Assembly: GCF_004010195.1 (NCBI RefSeq)
Contig: NC_057749.1
Span: 8,387,423-8,451,422, forward strand
From: Chiloscyllium plagiosum
Taxonomy: Eukaryota
Direction: 5' to 3'
Length of the DNA: 64,000 nt
The notes below the pieces were generated by a model. That model was given only the letters and a program-made list of their open reading frames with translations, was not told the origin of the DNA and ran no database searches. Numbering within the stretch: the stretch's first letter is position 1; each line of letters opens with the position of its first letter. The translations under genes were made by a program, and so were the position numbers. This document shows positions 24,801-37,152 of this stretch, one piece after another.

Positions 24801-25524
24801 TTGACTCCATAACTGAAGCTTAACCTCCCGAATGTCGCATTCAATTCCTCTGACAATAAAATTCTTGCTTTGCATTCCTCAGGACACAATCAAGAATGCC
24901 AAATTTCGAAGGGTACTGATGGGTTGGCAAGTCAACTCAGCTTGGCTGAGGCTTTGCCAGGGAGAATATTGCCAGGGGAGCTTTGGCAGGTTTTCCAGCT
25001 GAAGTTAAAACTTCCTGAATCTTTGAGAAGTTGGAAGTGACTAATTGTAGGAGTCTACTCTCCATGGAGTGTTTGCTGTTTGTAAATAAGTTACTACAAG
25101 TCTGAGTCTTTGTTTCTGTCAATGTGAGAGAATCTTTTTACAGAACAAATTACTGTAGTGCAAGGAACAGCACTCTGAACACATGAAGGTTCCAGTTCAG
25201 TGGCTTTTTATTCAATTGTCACCAAACATTTTGAGTAAAGAGAATTATTGCAAAGGTACCGAAAAAGAACTCAAACATGGTGAGAGCTCAGATCCAAACA
25301 GTTCTGAGGCAGGCCATGTTTTAGAGTCACGGAGGCATACAGCACGGAAACAGATCCTTTGGTCCAACCAGTCTGTGCCAACCATAATCGAAAACCAAAC
25401 TAGTCCCATCTGCCAGCCTTTGGCCTACATCCCTCCAAATATTTCTTATTCATTTGCTTATCCAAATGTCTTTAAAATGTTGTAATTGTACCTGCAGCCA
25501 CCACTTCCTCTGGATATTCATTTC

Positions 25525-25830
25525 ACACAATAACGAGAGGTCATGCTTTCAAGGTGAGAGGTGGAAGATTTAAGGGGGATGCACTCGGCAAGTTGTTCAC
25601 ACAGAGGGTGATGGGCATTTGGAACGCATTGCCGGCAGAGGTGGTAGAGGCAGGCACGGTAGATTCATTTAAAATGCATCTGGACAGATGCATGAGTAGG
25701 TGGGGAGCAGAGGGATACAAATGCTTAGGAATTTTCCAACAGGTTTAGACAGTACATTTGGATCAGCTCAGGCTTGAAGGGCCGAAGGGCCTGTTGCTGG
25801 GCTGTAAATTTTCTTTGTTCTTTGTTCTCT
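25525..25830 (+). mobile_element. CR1 3' end nested in a minus-strand CR1
   Basis: LFTQRVMGIWNALP; tail ttctttgttctttgttct. Confidence 0.85.
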
Positions 25831-26123
25831 GTTCACACGCACCACTGTTTATGTAAAAGCAATTGCCCATCATTAAAGATTTAAAATCTTTCTCCTCACA
25901 TCTTAAAAATATGCCCCCTCATCTTGAAATTTCCCCCACCCTAGAGAAAAGACACTAACCATTCACTTTATCTAAACCCCACATGATTTTATAAACGTCT
26001 GTAAGGTCACGCCTCAACCTCCTACATTCCAGTGAAAAAGCTCCCAGCCTCTCCTTATAACTCAAACCCTCCATTCCCAGCAACCTCCTGGTAAATCTTT
26101 TCTGAACCTTCGCCTGTTTAATA

Positions 26124-26435
26124 GGACGGCACGGTGGCACAGTGGTTAGCACTGCTGCCTCACAGCACCAGATACCTGGGTTCAATTCCCGCCTCAGGTG
26201 ACTGACTGTGTGTGGTTTGCACATTCTCCCCGTGTCTGCGTGGGTTTCCTCTGGGTGCTCCGGTTTCTTCCCACAGTCCAAAAATGTGTAGGTTAGGTGA
26301 ATTGGCCATGCTAAATTGCCCGTAGTGTTAGGCGATTGGGGTAAATGTAGGGGAATGGGTCTGGGTGGGTTGTGCTTCGGCGAGTTGGTATGGACTTGTT
26401 GGGCCAAAGGGTCTGTTTCCACACTGTAGGTAATC
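26124..26435 (+). mobile_element. HE1-type V-SINE
   Basis: Full head, V-domain and tail. Confidence 0.95.
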
Positions 26436-26479
26436 TGGACAGTATACTCCAGAAGAGGTCTCACCAATGTCCTGCATTG

Positions 26480-28433
26480 GACCTCAAGAAAGAGATGGAT
26501 TCTTAGAACAGCTGGTGCTGGACCCTACCAGAGAGAAGGCAATTCTGGATCTGGTATTGTGCAATGAACCAGAATTGATCAGGGACCTCGAAGTGAAGGA
26601 GCCATTAGGAGGTAGTGACCATAATACAATAAGCTACAATCTGCAATTTGAAAGGGATAGGGTACAATCGGTAGTGACAGTATTTCAGTTTAATAAAGGG
26701 AACTATGGAGCTATGAGGGAGGAAGTTCAAAGTTCAATGGTGCAATACCTTAGCAGGGATGACAGTGGAGGAACAATGGCGGATATTTCTGGGTATAATG
26801 CAGAAGATGCAGGATCAGTTCATTCCAAAAAGGAAAAAAGATCCTATGAGGAGGCAGGGGTGGCCTTGACTGACGAGGGAAGTTCAGAAACATTTCAAGT
26901 CAAAAGAGAAAAAGTATAACATAGCAAAGATGAGTGGGAAAATGGAGGACTGGGAAGCTTTTAAAGAACAACAGAAGATTACTAAGAAGGAAATATGCAG
27001 AGAAAAAATGAGGTACGAAGGTAAACTGGCCAAAAATATAAAGGAGGATAGTAAAAGCTTTTTTAGGTATGTGAAAAGGAAAAAATGGTTAAGACTAAAA
27101 TTGGGCCCTTGAAGACAGAAACAGGGAAATATATTACGGGGAACAATGAAATGGCAGATGAGTTGAATTGATTTGTGTTCACTGGGGAAGACACAAGCAA
27201 TCTCCCTGAGGTAACAGTGGCTGAAGGACCTGAACTGAAGGGAATTTATATTTGTCAGGAATTGGTGTTGGAGAGACTGTTAGGTCTGAAGGCTGATAAG
27301 TCCCCAGGGCCTGATGGTCTACATCCCAGGGTACTGAAGGAGGTGGCTCGAGAAATCGCGGATGNNNNNNNNNNNNNNNNNNNNNNNNNNNNNNNNNNNN
27401 NNNNNNNNNNNNNNNNNNNNNNNNNNNNNNNNNNNNNNNNNNNNNNNNNNNNNNNNNNNNNNNNNNNNNNNNNNNNNNNNNNNNNNNNNNNNNNNNNNNN
27501 NNNNNNNNNNNNNNNNNNNNNNNNNNNNNNNNNNNNNNNNNNNNNNNNNNNNNNNNNNNNNNNNNNNNNNNNNNNNNNNNNNNNNNNNNNNNNNNNNNNN
27601 NNNNNNNNNNNNNNNNNNNNNNNNNNNNNNNNNNNNNNNNNNNNNNNNNNNNNNNNNNNNNNNNNNNNNNNNNNNNNNNNNNNNNNNNNNNNNNNNNNNN
27701 NNNNNNNNNNNNNNNNNNNNNNNNNNNNNNNNNNNNNNNNNNNNNNNNNNNNNNNNNNNNNNNNNNNNNNNNNNNNNNNNNNNNNNNNNNNNNNNNNNNN
27801 NNNNNNNNNNNNNNNNNNNNNNNNNNNNNNNNNNNNNNNNNNNNNNNNNNNNNNNNNNNNNNNNNNNNNNNNNNNNNNNNNNNNNNNNNNNNNNNNNNNN
27901 NNNNNNNNNNNNNNNNNNNNNNNNNNNNNNNNNNNNNNNNNNNNNNNNNNNNNNNNNNNNNNNNNNNNNNNNNNNNNNNNNNNNNNNNNNNNNNNNNNNN
28001 NNNNNNNNNNNNNNNNNNNNNNNNNNNNNNNNNNNNNNNNNNNNNNNNNNNNNNNNNNNNNNNNNNNNNNNNNNNNNNNNNNNNNNNNNNNNNNNNNNNN
28101 NNNNNNNNNNNNNNNNNNNNNNNNNNNNNNNNNNNNNNNNNNNNNNNNNNNNNNNNNNNNNNNNNNNNNNNNNNNNNNNNNNNNNNNNNNNNNNNNNNNN
28201 NNNNNNNNNNNNNNNNNNNNNNNNNNNNNNNNNNNNNNNNNNNNNNNNNNNNNNNNNNATTCGTTTAAGAAAGAGTTGGATAGAGCTCTCAAGGATAGTG
28301 GAATCAAGGGTTATGGAGATAAGGCAGGAACAGGATACTGATTGAGGATGATCAGCCATGATCATAATGAAAGGTGGTGCAGGCTCGAAGGGCAAAATGG
28401 CCTACTCTTGCACCTATTGTCTATTGTCTATTG
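26480..28433 (+). mobile_element. CR1 LINE ORF2 (endonuclease end, tether, RT start, 3' end) spanning a gap
   Basis: PTREKAILDLVL, LGGSDHN, KSPGPDGLHPRVLKE; (CTATTGT)n tail. Confidence 0.95.
27365..28258. other. Assembly gap
   Basis: Run of N. Confidence 1.
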
Positions 28434-28679
28434 TACAACCTCAACATGACTTCCTATACTCAAAGGTTTACTCTACTGTCCATGTCCAAAGCACGGACTC
28501 CAAACATACCACTAACCTGCCAAAAAACGTTCCCCCAAATCCAAGGGAAACGTCCGACACAGAAGATGTTTACCCAACCCTCACACCCTTCACTATTGCT
28601 GCCTCCAGTCAGCGGGATGGTACCTGGTACCGCTGCCCTGGGAAATTTCAACTCAAGTATCTGAGCTTCGGCAGAAGTC

Positions 28680-28870
28680 TGGGGTGGTGCTTAGTTCAGT
28701 TGACTGAACAGCTGTCTCATAGTGCAAATTGATGGCAGCAATGTGAGTTCAACTCCCACACCGACTGAGGTTACCATGAAGGATTCTCCCCTCTCCCCTC
28801 ACCCAAGACGATGAAACTCTCAGGTTAAACCACCATCAGTCACCTCTCTCTAATGAGGGGATGGGAGCAT
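28680..28870 (+). mobile_element. Third SINE-like family
   Basis: tRNA-like head and ctgaggttaccatgaagga...ctcaggttaaaccacca. Confidence 0.6.
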
Positions 28871-28974
28871 GTCAACTGAAGAACAGTGAAACCATTGCTT
28901 AACTGGTTGCATCTATCAACATTTAGATCCTGCCCTTTCTCCAAACTCCTGAAGATCTGCTGCTCGATGCCTAG

Positions 28975-29745
28975 CTATTGATTTCAAGAAGGAGGTAGAT
29001 ATAGTTCTTGTGGCTAAAGGGATAAGGAAGGAGAGTGAGATTAGGCTATTGAAATCTATGATCAACCGTGGGGGAGCAGGCTCGACGGGCTGAACAGTCT
29101 ACTCCTATCGCCTAGGTTTCTATGTTTTACATCATTCAGCAATCAGAACCCCACTCCTGCTGTTCCAATAAATAGGGTTACTGTTCAGGTTGCTATCGAG
29201 GGGAATTGAATATAAAAGTAGGGAGGTTATGCGTCAGTTGATGAGAACACAATTGGGGAACCGATCATAGCAATAGCCATGTCATTGGAGAGATGATATA
29301 AATGCGTTGGAAGCAGTTTGGAGAAGATTTACAACTAGACAGGAACAGGTGGGTTGTCCAGAGAGGAAAGGTTGGACAGGCTAGGGCTGAATTTGTTGGG
29401 AACAAACCAGAAAGTGCTGGTGAAACTCAGCAGGTCTGGCAGCATCCGTGTCGAGAGAAACAGAGTGGACGTTCTGATTTCTGATGCAGGCTCACCACAC
29501 TCCACAAATGCTGCCAGACCTGCTGAATATCTCTGTTTTTGTACCATCTTACACCACGCAGCTCTCATTGTCCTCCGGTCAAACTGAGAGTTTTCTCAGA
29601 GACGTTTTGATCAGTGAGGGGATCGAGGATTATGGGGAAAAGGCAGGAAGGGTGGAGTTGAGGATTATCAGATCAGCTGTGATACCTATGAATGGCAGAC
29701 CACACTCAGCGGGCTGAATGGCCACTATCTTATGGTCTGTCTGTA
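28975..29745 (+). mobile_element. CR1 fragments with a family C fold-back insert at 29400-29545
   Basis: CR1 tails; inverted ctcagcaggtctggcagcat / atgctgccagacctgctga. Confidence 0.7.
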
Positions 29746-30599
29746 TGAATTGTTGACTGGACAAAGCATATAAAGACTGAGCAGCCAGTGAACTCTGAAT
29801 GGCTGCAGATTCAACATAATCCCAGCACTCAGATGATAATCCGATCACCCCCTCCTTTGTTTTCACATTGTCCCACACCTTCTGAATGAAATCCCATTTT
29901 AATTTCACTCAAACAGCAACTGGAAAAACACAAGCCCACTCCTGGGATAAACCTCAACGCAGAGGCAAGGCAGTTCCTACCAGGAGAGAGCTCTAACAAG
30001 CGCAAACCCACATCAGTGCTTACGACCCTGAGGAGCATTAGGTGTAGCATTCCAAAGATGGAATACAGAGTTCCTGTGGGCTTGGTCAATATTAAAACAG
30101 TGGAACAAATCTTCCAGGAAACTGTTTGCTGGAGCAGTGAGTCGTGACGGCAGATTAGTACAGTTAATGTCCAAACTGACAGAGAGAGAAATTACCTTCA
30201 AACAGTAACCTGACTTGTTTGCTTTGTAGAAGATTGCTGCTGTGCCATTTGTTGTGAATTTTTACTTTGGGCCAGATTAGTATTTACTTCATGGCTGCCT
30301 TCATTCAGGTATTCTGCTTTCTGAGCACTCAGTTCACGAGCAGTCAGTGGAATGATTCTGCGATAGGACCAACTTTTTACCAGCTTTATCTGTTCACAAG
30401 GGATTTATATCCCTCCAGTCAATTATCTGGGGCAGCTTGTGCAATTATATTAAAGGCACAGGGTAGAAAAAGGCCTATCAGCCCATCTATTTGATATTGG
30501 TACTATACACATTGTGAGCTCCCCCCCCATTCTCCCAATTCCACCATCTCATCACCACAGCTTTTTTTTTATTCCTTTCGTACTCTTGTATTGTATTCA

Positions 30600-31320
30600 C
30601 AGAATGTTGACCAGCATTCATTGCCCATCTCTAGTTGCCCTCGGAATGGTGGGGGGGTGAGCTGCTTTCTTAAACCACTGCGGTCCATGGAGTTGTAGGA
30701 AAAAACGCAATGCCCTGAGGGAGGGAGTTCCAGGACTTTGACCTAGTGGCACTGAAGGAACAGTGATATATTTCCAAGTCAGGATGGTGAGTGGCTTGGA
30801 AGGGATCGTGTCGGTGGTGTTTACTTTTCCCCCATTTATCTACTGTTCCTGTCCCTAATCAAACAGGCTACATTTTTCTGGATGGTGTCAAGCTTCTTGG
30901 AGCTGCACTCATCCAGGTGAGTGGGAGCTATTCCATCACAGCCCTGACCGAGGGTGGCCAGGAGTCAAGAAGTGAGTTATTCATTGCAGGATTCCTAGTC
31001 TCTGACCTGCTTTTGTAATCATTATTTTTATAAGACTAGTCCAGTCCAGTTTCTGCTTGAAGGTACCTCAGGATGTTGACAGTGGGGGATTCAGGGATGG
31101 TAACGCCATTGAATGTCATGGGATGATGGTTAGATTCTCTTTTCTTGGAGAGAGCCATTCACTGGCACTTGTGTGGCATGAATGTTTCTTGCCACTTTTC
31201 AGCCTAAGTCTGGATATTGTCCAGATCTTGTTGCATTTGGACACAGACTGCTTCAGTATCTGAGGAGTTGCGAATGATGCTGAACGTTGTGCAATCAATG
31301 AACACTTTCACTTCTGCACA
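30600..31320 (-). mobile_element. CR1-group LINE 3' portion
   Basis: Colinear with 22040-23232. Confidence 0.7.
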
Positions 31321-31439
31321 CACCAACATTCAACCAGTCTGCCTGCAGCTATTATACAATTTGGAACAGAAAGCTAGACTCATTGGCAACCAAGTGTTGA
31401 TTGTCATAAATACCCATCTAGGTCATTAATACCCTTTAG

Positions 31440-31845
31440 GGAAGAGTTCAGTGATGAAGAGAGATTGGACAGACTAGTGTTGTTCTCCTTATATCAGAGG
31501 AGATTGATAGAGGACACAATTGAGATGTGTAAAATTATAAGGGGCATAAGTGGGGCAAGCAGGAGGAAGCCTTTCCCCTTGATGGAGGGATTGATGTCCG
31601 AGGGACATAGATTTAAGGGAAAGGGCCTGGGGTTTAGAGGGGGAGGTGAGGAAGAAGGTTTTCACCCAGAGGGTGGTGGGAATCTGGAACTCGCTGTCTG
31701 TAAGGATGGGAGAGGCAGAAACCCTCACGAAATTTAAGCCAAATTTAAATGTGCACTTGCAATGCCAAAGCCTACAGGCCAAGTGCTGGAAAATGGGGTT
31801 AGAATGGACTGTTGGTTGTTTTTGACTAGTGCAGACTTGTTGGAA
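31440..31845 (+). mobile_element. CR1 3' end
   Basis: LDRLVLFSLYQRRLIEDTIEMCKIIRG. Confidence 0.8.
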
Positions 31846-31851
31846 TTCTTT

Positions 31852-31945
31852 GTCAAAAGATGTGCTGCTGGAAAAGCACAGCTGGTCAGGCAGCATCCAA
31901 GGAGCAGGAGAATCGATGCTTCGAGCATAAGCTCTTCATCAGATT
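31852..31945 (-). mobile_element. Penelope-like 3' end (family A variant) with hammerhead
   Basis: Minus strand CTGATGA-A-GAGC-TTAT-GCTC-GAAG-CATC at 31942-31914. Confidence 0.7.
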
Positions 31946-32599
31946 TATTTTTGGGTGCCGTTGTCCTAAAACTGTCATCCTTACCTGGTCTGGCCTGCAT
32001 GAGACTCCAGACCCACAGCAATGAGCTTGACCCCGAACTGCCCTCCAAGCACTTAGGGATGCGCAGTAAATATTGGCCCAGCCAGTGACATCCACACCCC
32101 CGAACAATTCTTTTCAGAAGTGTCCGAGTGTGAGTGATGTTCAATCCAGCTTAAGGGAAGGAGGGAGAGGAGCTGTGAGCTAAAAGATGCATTTAATGAG
32201 TAGATAATGACTCAGTGAATTAAACATCTTCTGCAAGGCATCTCTATAGAGGCTAACACTTATATTAAGCACAGGAACCAACCATTGGCAAGGATCCCAA
32301 ACCCGTATCAGCATATTTGGGCTCATATGCAGAGAAGGTGGAACTTGCTACCACATGAAGTGGTTGAGATGGAGCCACAGAGATCTACAAGCTTGAAAAG
32401 GCCCTTCGGCCCATCACAGTTTCCAGAATATGTCCATTAAAGGGGAAGCACGATACATGGAGGAGAAAGGAAAGCTGATGGGGTGAGAGGGGTCTCATGC
32501 CACACATCAACACCAACATACACCAACTGAGCTGAACAAGCTGCCTCTCCACTATAAATAATGTGCAGCCTCCCCTCATTATCCCCAGCTTCACTGTCA

Positions 32600-32865
32600 G
32601 GGAATAGAATCCCTACAGGCTACTCAGCCCATCAGTACACACCGACCTTCTGAAGAGCATCCCAGACAGACACACTCTCCTACCCTATCCTTGGAACCCT
32701 ACACTTCCCATTTCTAACACACCGAACCTGCACATCTTTGAACTGTAGGAGGAAACCTGAGAACCTGGAGGAAACCCACACAGACAGTCACCCGAGGGTG
32801 GAACCGACCCTGGGCCCCTGGCCTTTGAGGCAGCAGTGTTAACCACTGAGCCAACGTGCTGTCTG
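32600..32865 (-). mobile_element. HE1-type V-SINE, internally deleted
   Basis: Head and tail motifs on minus strand. Confidence 0.85.
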
Positions 32866-33344
32866 GGTCCCCAGAGAACAGGGTGCTACTAGAGGGTGAG
32901 AATTGAATAAGATAGAGAGATTTATTTCTGCGCACTTTCTCTTGTTGTATTTTAACTGTAGTGGATGAAGAAAGTATGTTTTGCTTTAATTGCAGTAGTT
33001 TGAACATCTAACCAATGATGGCATTGACATTACCTGTAAACAGGGTTTATTTGATTTATTGTTGTCACATGTACCTAAGTACAGTGAAATGTTTTGTTTT
33101 GCGAGCAGTAAGGGCATGCAGATCATAGACAGAGTGAGGCATACAAGGCTACAGCTCCACAATTTCTTTATTTGTTCATGAAAACTATGTAGTTTTGGTC
33201 CAGCCTTATGGGACCTAATCTCACAAGGAAGGATTCTGAGCTAAAATGGGACCATCTGTGTCTAAAACACAAATGTCCTCCCATAAACAAGGATGAGAAT
33301 TTTAAAATCAAATGCAACACACTCTTTGAAAATGGCCGCACTGA

Positions 33345-34065
33345 TTACTAGAGTCATTAATTGCAACAAAGGACATATGTAGAGAGACCGGATCAGTTAG
33401 GAATGTATTCACTGGAGTTTAGAACAATGAGGGTGGGAGAAAGTGGGGACTGCAGATGCTGGAGATCAGAGTCGAGAGTGTGGTGCTGGAAAAACACAGC
33501 AAGTCAGGGAGCATCTGAGGAGCAGGAGAATCGACGTTTCAGGCATAATCCCTTCATCAGAAATCACTTATGCCCGTAACTTCAATTCTCCTGGTCCTCG
33601 GGTGTTGCCTAACCTGCTGTGCTTTTCCAGCACCATACTCTCGACTCTTCATCAGCAATGCCAAGAATGAGGTGAGATCTCACAGAAACCCACAAAATTC
33701 TAACAGGATAAGTGCAAGAAAGATGTTCCCAATGACAATGGACTTCACAATTAGGGATCACAGTCTAAAAGATTCAGGGTAGGCTATTTATGACTGAGAT
33801 GAGGAGAAACATGTTCTGCCAGAGAGTGGTGAGCTTGTGGAATTCTCTCCCACAGAAATTGACTGAGGTCAAAACATTGAATGTTGTCAAGATGGAGTTA
33901 GATATAGTTCTTAGCTCTCTAAAGAGATCAAAGGTTTGGATGGGGGAGGTGTGGGGGGTAAGCAGGAACAGGGTACTGATTTGGATGAACAGCCATGATC
34001 ATATGGAATGGCAAACTATGGTCGAAGGGCTGAATGGACTATTCCTGCTCCTCTTTTCTATATTC
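33345..34065 (+). mobile_element. CR1 3' end interrupted by a fold-back element
   Basis: YVERPDQLGMYSLEFRTMR|...EMRRNMFCQRVVSLWNSLP. Confidence 0.85.
33438..33650. mobile_element. Fold-back Penelope-like element (family A)
   Basis: Arms agagtcgagagtgtggtgctggaaaa / ttttccagcaccatactctcgactct; minus strand CTGATGA-A-GGGATTATGCCT-GAAA-CGTC at 33560-33533. Confidence 0.75.
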
Positions 34066-34195
34066 CCACTTTTCAATTGATGGGCCGAACAGCGTGTGCT
34101 GAAAGATTCCATTGTCACTTTGGTCCGAATTGTCATGCCTGCACTTCACCACCTTTGCAGCCTCTGAACTTTGACAGAAACAGATCTCAGAAAGA

Positions 34196-34842
34196 CATTG
34201 TGGATCAGCCCAAACCCCATCAAACTATTCAGAAGATAGCCTAGGTCCTAACTTCCTTTTATTTTAAAGGTGAATGTATGGCGTTGCATTCCAAATGCAA
34301 TTTCAAGCTATTGGAATTAAAGCAAAACATACTTTCTTCATCCAGTATAGTTAAAATACAACAAAAGAAAAAAGGAATTGGAATAACTTAATTCTATTGG
34401 AAAAGTTAATGATAGATACAGCAATGATTACTAATTAACTGTCCCAACACAGGAAGATCCTATAAACACACCCTCGGCAAAAGGCAAATTCAGAAACCAG
34501 ATTATCTCACATGCAGTTCTCCAATCCAGGAGGAAACAACATCAAAAGACAATTCTGAGAGAGCGAGAACTCCAGATTTCAGCTGTAGCAAAGACAGATG
34601 TGGCAGCTTTTCACAATCCCAGCAACTTCTGCTGAAAGCTAAACCAAAGATCCTGCTTCCATGAGAGCTTGATGCCACCCATTCAGGCTGCTTCTATTGT
34701 TCCAACTTTTTTTAAAAATCGCAAGGCCTCTCAAGCTGTTTACTACAGTGATTCTGGTAAACTGCTTGGTATCTCCATCTTAAAACCTCTCTTCAAAAAC
34801 AAATCGAACGAAATAACCTCTTAACACCACAGCATCATCAAA
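34196..34842 (+). mobile_element. Solo LTR-like element (~640-bp family)
   Basis: Colinear with 4598-5239. Confidence 0.7.
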
Positions 34843-34999
34843 ACTGCAAGGGAGAAATGTGCTGAATGGACACTAGATTTAATTTTGAGTGGCCAGGACA
34901 GAAGGAAAACCTCCTCACCATTTGATTGTGGTGTGGTATCCTCAACAGCAAATGAAGCTTCAAAACGAACAGCTTCATGGTTCCAAGTGTATGTAGGGG

Positions 35000-35462
35000 A
35001 AATGATTATTGCTGGACTGTTAGTCCAGAGACCCGAGTAATGTTCTGTGGACCTGGGCCCGAATCCTGCCGCAGCAGATGGTAGAATTTGAATTTGATTA
35101 AAACCTGGAATTAAGAGTCTAATGATGAGCATGAAACCATTGCTGATTGTCAGGAAAAACCCATTTGATTCATTAATGTCCTTTAGGGAAGGAAACTGCC
35201 ACCTTTACATAGTTTGACCTACATGCGACTCCAAACCCACAGCAATGTGGGTGACTCTTAACTGCCCTCTGGATCATTAGAGATGAAGGGCGAAAGTGAG
35301 GATTGCAGATGCTGGAGATTAGAGTCGAGAGTGTGGTGCTGGAAAAGCACAGCAGGTCAGGCAGCGTCCAAGGAGCAGGAGGATCGACAATTCGGGCAAA
35401 AGCCCTTCTCTAGAGATGGTGGTCCAGTCAGCAATGCCCTCATCCCGCAAATGAATAAAAAG
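35000..35462 (+). mobile_element. Second SINE family with family A Penelope end nested at 35290-35412
   Basis: Shared body and tail; insert aaagtgagg...ttcgggcaaaagcccttc. Confidence 0.75.
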
Positions 35463-35802
35463 GAAGTACAACCAAAAAATAATCAAATACATCTGGATTT
35501 CTGCTTCAAGAAAGACACCATCAGCCAAACGGGTTTCACAATGTCCTGCTGCAGAAGTTTCTTCTATTATGTCACTCTGCACGAAAGACAATCAAAAGTC
35601 CATCAAACCAGATTGATGGCTGGTTGGACTTATGCTGGACTAGCTAGCTGATCAAAGGCTTTCAGAATAACTCTTAAGAAAAAAGAAGCAAAGGATAAAA
35701 TTGAAGATTTTGTTTTCAAATTGAGAAATCCAAATGGAAGGCCAAGTCATTTTCGATGTTGAAAAGGACAAGGGAAATTAGGAGGTGATCACAAGGTAAA
35801 AG

Positions 35803-36155
35803 ACACGGTTGGCTCAGTGGTTAGCATTGCCACATCACAGCGCCAGGGACCCTGGCTCGATCCCAGTCTTGGGTGACTGTCCTTTTCAACATGGATGCTG
35901 ACTTGGCCTTCCATTTAGATTTCTCAACTCAAAAAGAAACCTTCAAAATTATTCTCAGCCTGTTTGTTTCTTAAACCTTAGACCGAAATGGGATACCTCC
36001 CATCTGAGTAGTCAGTGCTTGGGTATGTACAACGTAATTTCATACAGTCAACAATCTGGTTTGCATGTTCTCCCCATGTTTGCGTGGGCTTCCTCTGGAT
36101 GCTCCAGTTTCCTCTCGCAATCCAAGGATGTGCAGGTTAGGTGGATTGGCCGTGG
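35803..36155 (+). mobile_element. HE1-type V-SINE split by an insertion (35881-36055)
   Basis: Head ends ggtgactgtc; V-domain resumes at ~36056. Confidence 0.8.
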
Positions 36156-36206
36156 TAAGCTTGGAGTTTTTGTTTTGTCTATTGTGTAATAAACTTCCAA
36201 TCTGTT

Positions 36207-36827
36207 TGTTATGGACCAGACCAAACCCCCTCAAAATACATTAAGAAGGCAGCCTAGACCCTAACATTTTCTTATTTCAAAGGTAAATGTAAGGTGTTGC
36301 ATTCTGGATGCAATTTGGTTGGTTAAAATAATTGACATTCAGCAAAATACAATTTATCCATCCATTATAGTTAAAATACAACAAAAGAAAAAATAAAGAA
36401 ATTGGCTTAGCTGTAATTCTATTGAAATGCTTAACAAAATAGTAGACACAGTAACTATTAGTAATTAACTATCCCAACATTTTAACATCCGATAAACACA
36501 CCCTTGGAAAAACAGATTGTCTCACATGCAACTCCAGCAGCAGGAAGAGAACCTCTAACATTTAGCTGTAACCGGGGGAGGGCAAAAAAATAGCTCTCAC
36601 TTCTTCAAGACCCTAATAGCAACTGCTGAAAGCTAAAGCTAAAAATCCTGGTCCTGTCGGAGCTCGACCCCACCCATTCAGGCTGCTTCTATTGTTCCAA
36701 CTTAAAAAGAAACCCAAGGCCTCACCAGCTGATAACTATATTGGCTTTCCAAATAGACAGCTTGACAGCTCTGAATTAAAACCTCCGTTTAAAAAAAGAA
36801 ACCTCTTAAAGCCACATGATGATCACG
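36207..36827 (+). mobile_element. Solo LTR-like element (~640-bp family)
   Basis: Begins TGTTATGGACCAGACC; colinear with the other copies. Confidence 0.7.
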
Positions 36828-36902
36828 TCGTTCAAGAAATGTCACAGACTTGTGTGATTATGTTTTAGTAAACGAAGTCCATGAATGTTCTCTGCTTTTT
36901 CG

Positions 36903-37152
36903 GGGGTGTCATGGTGGCTCAGTGGTTAGAACTGGTGCCTCACAACACCAGTTTGCACATTCTCCCCGTGTCTGCGTGGGTTTCCTTACACAGTCCAAAG
37001 ATGTGCAGGTCAGGTGAATTGGCTGAGCTAAATTGCCCAAAGTGTTAGGTGCATTAGTCAGAGGGAAATGGATCTGGGTGGGTTACTCTTCGGAGGGTCG
37101 GTGTGGACTTGTTGGGCTGAAGGACCTGTTTCCACACTGTAGGAAATCTAAT
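36903..37152 (+). mobile_element. HE1-type V-SINE
   Basis: Head (partly deleted), V-domain and tail. Confidence 0.9.

Larger units (their letters stand above)
25320..26475 (-). mobile_element. CR1 LINE 3' portion hosting nested inserts; continues at 28432-28465
   Basis: MVRPLLEYTVQ...KVQKRFTRRLLGMEGLSYKERL. Confidence 0.85.

Noticed and set aside
28358..28732. 124-aa ORF
   Set aside because: Runs across a CR1 tail and a SINE head; no coherent domain
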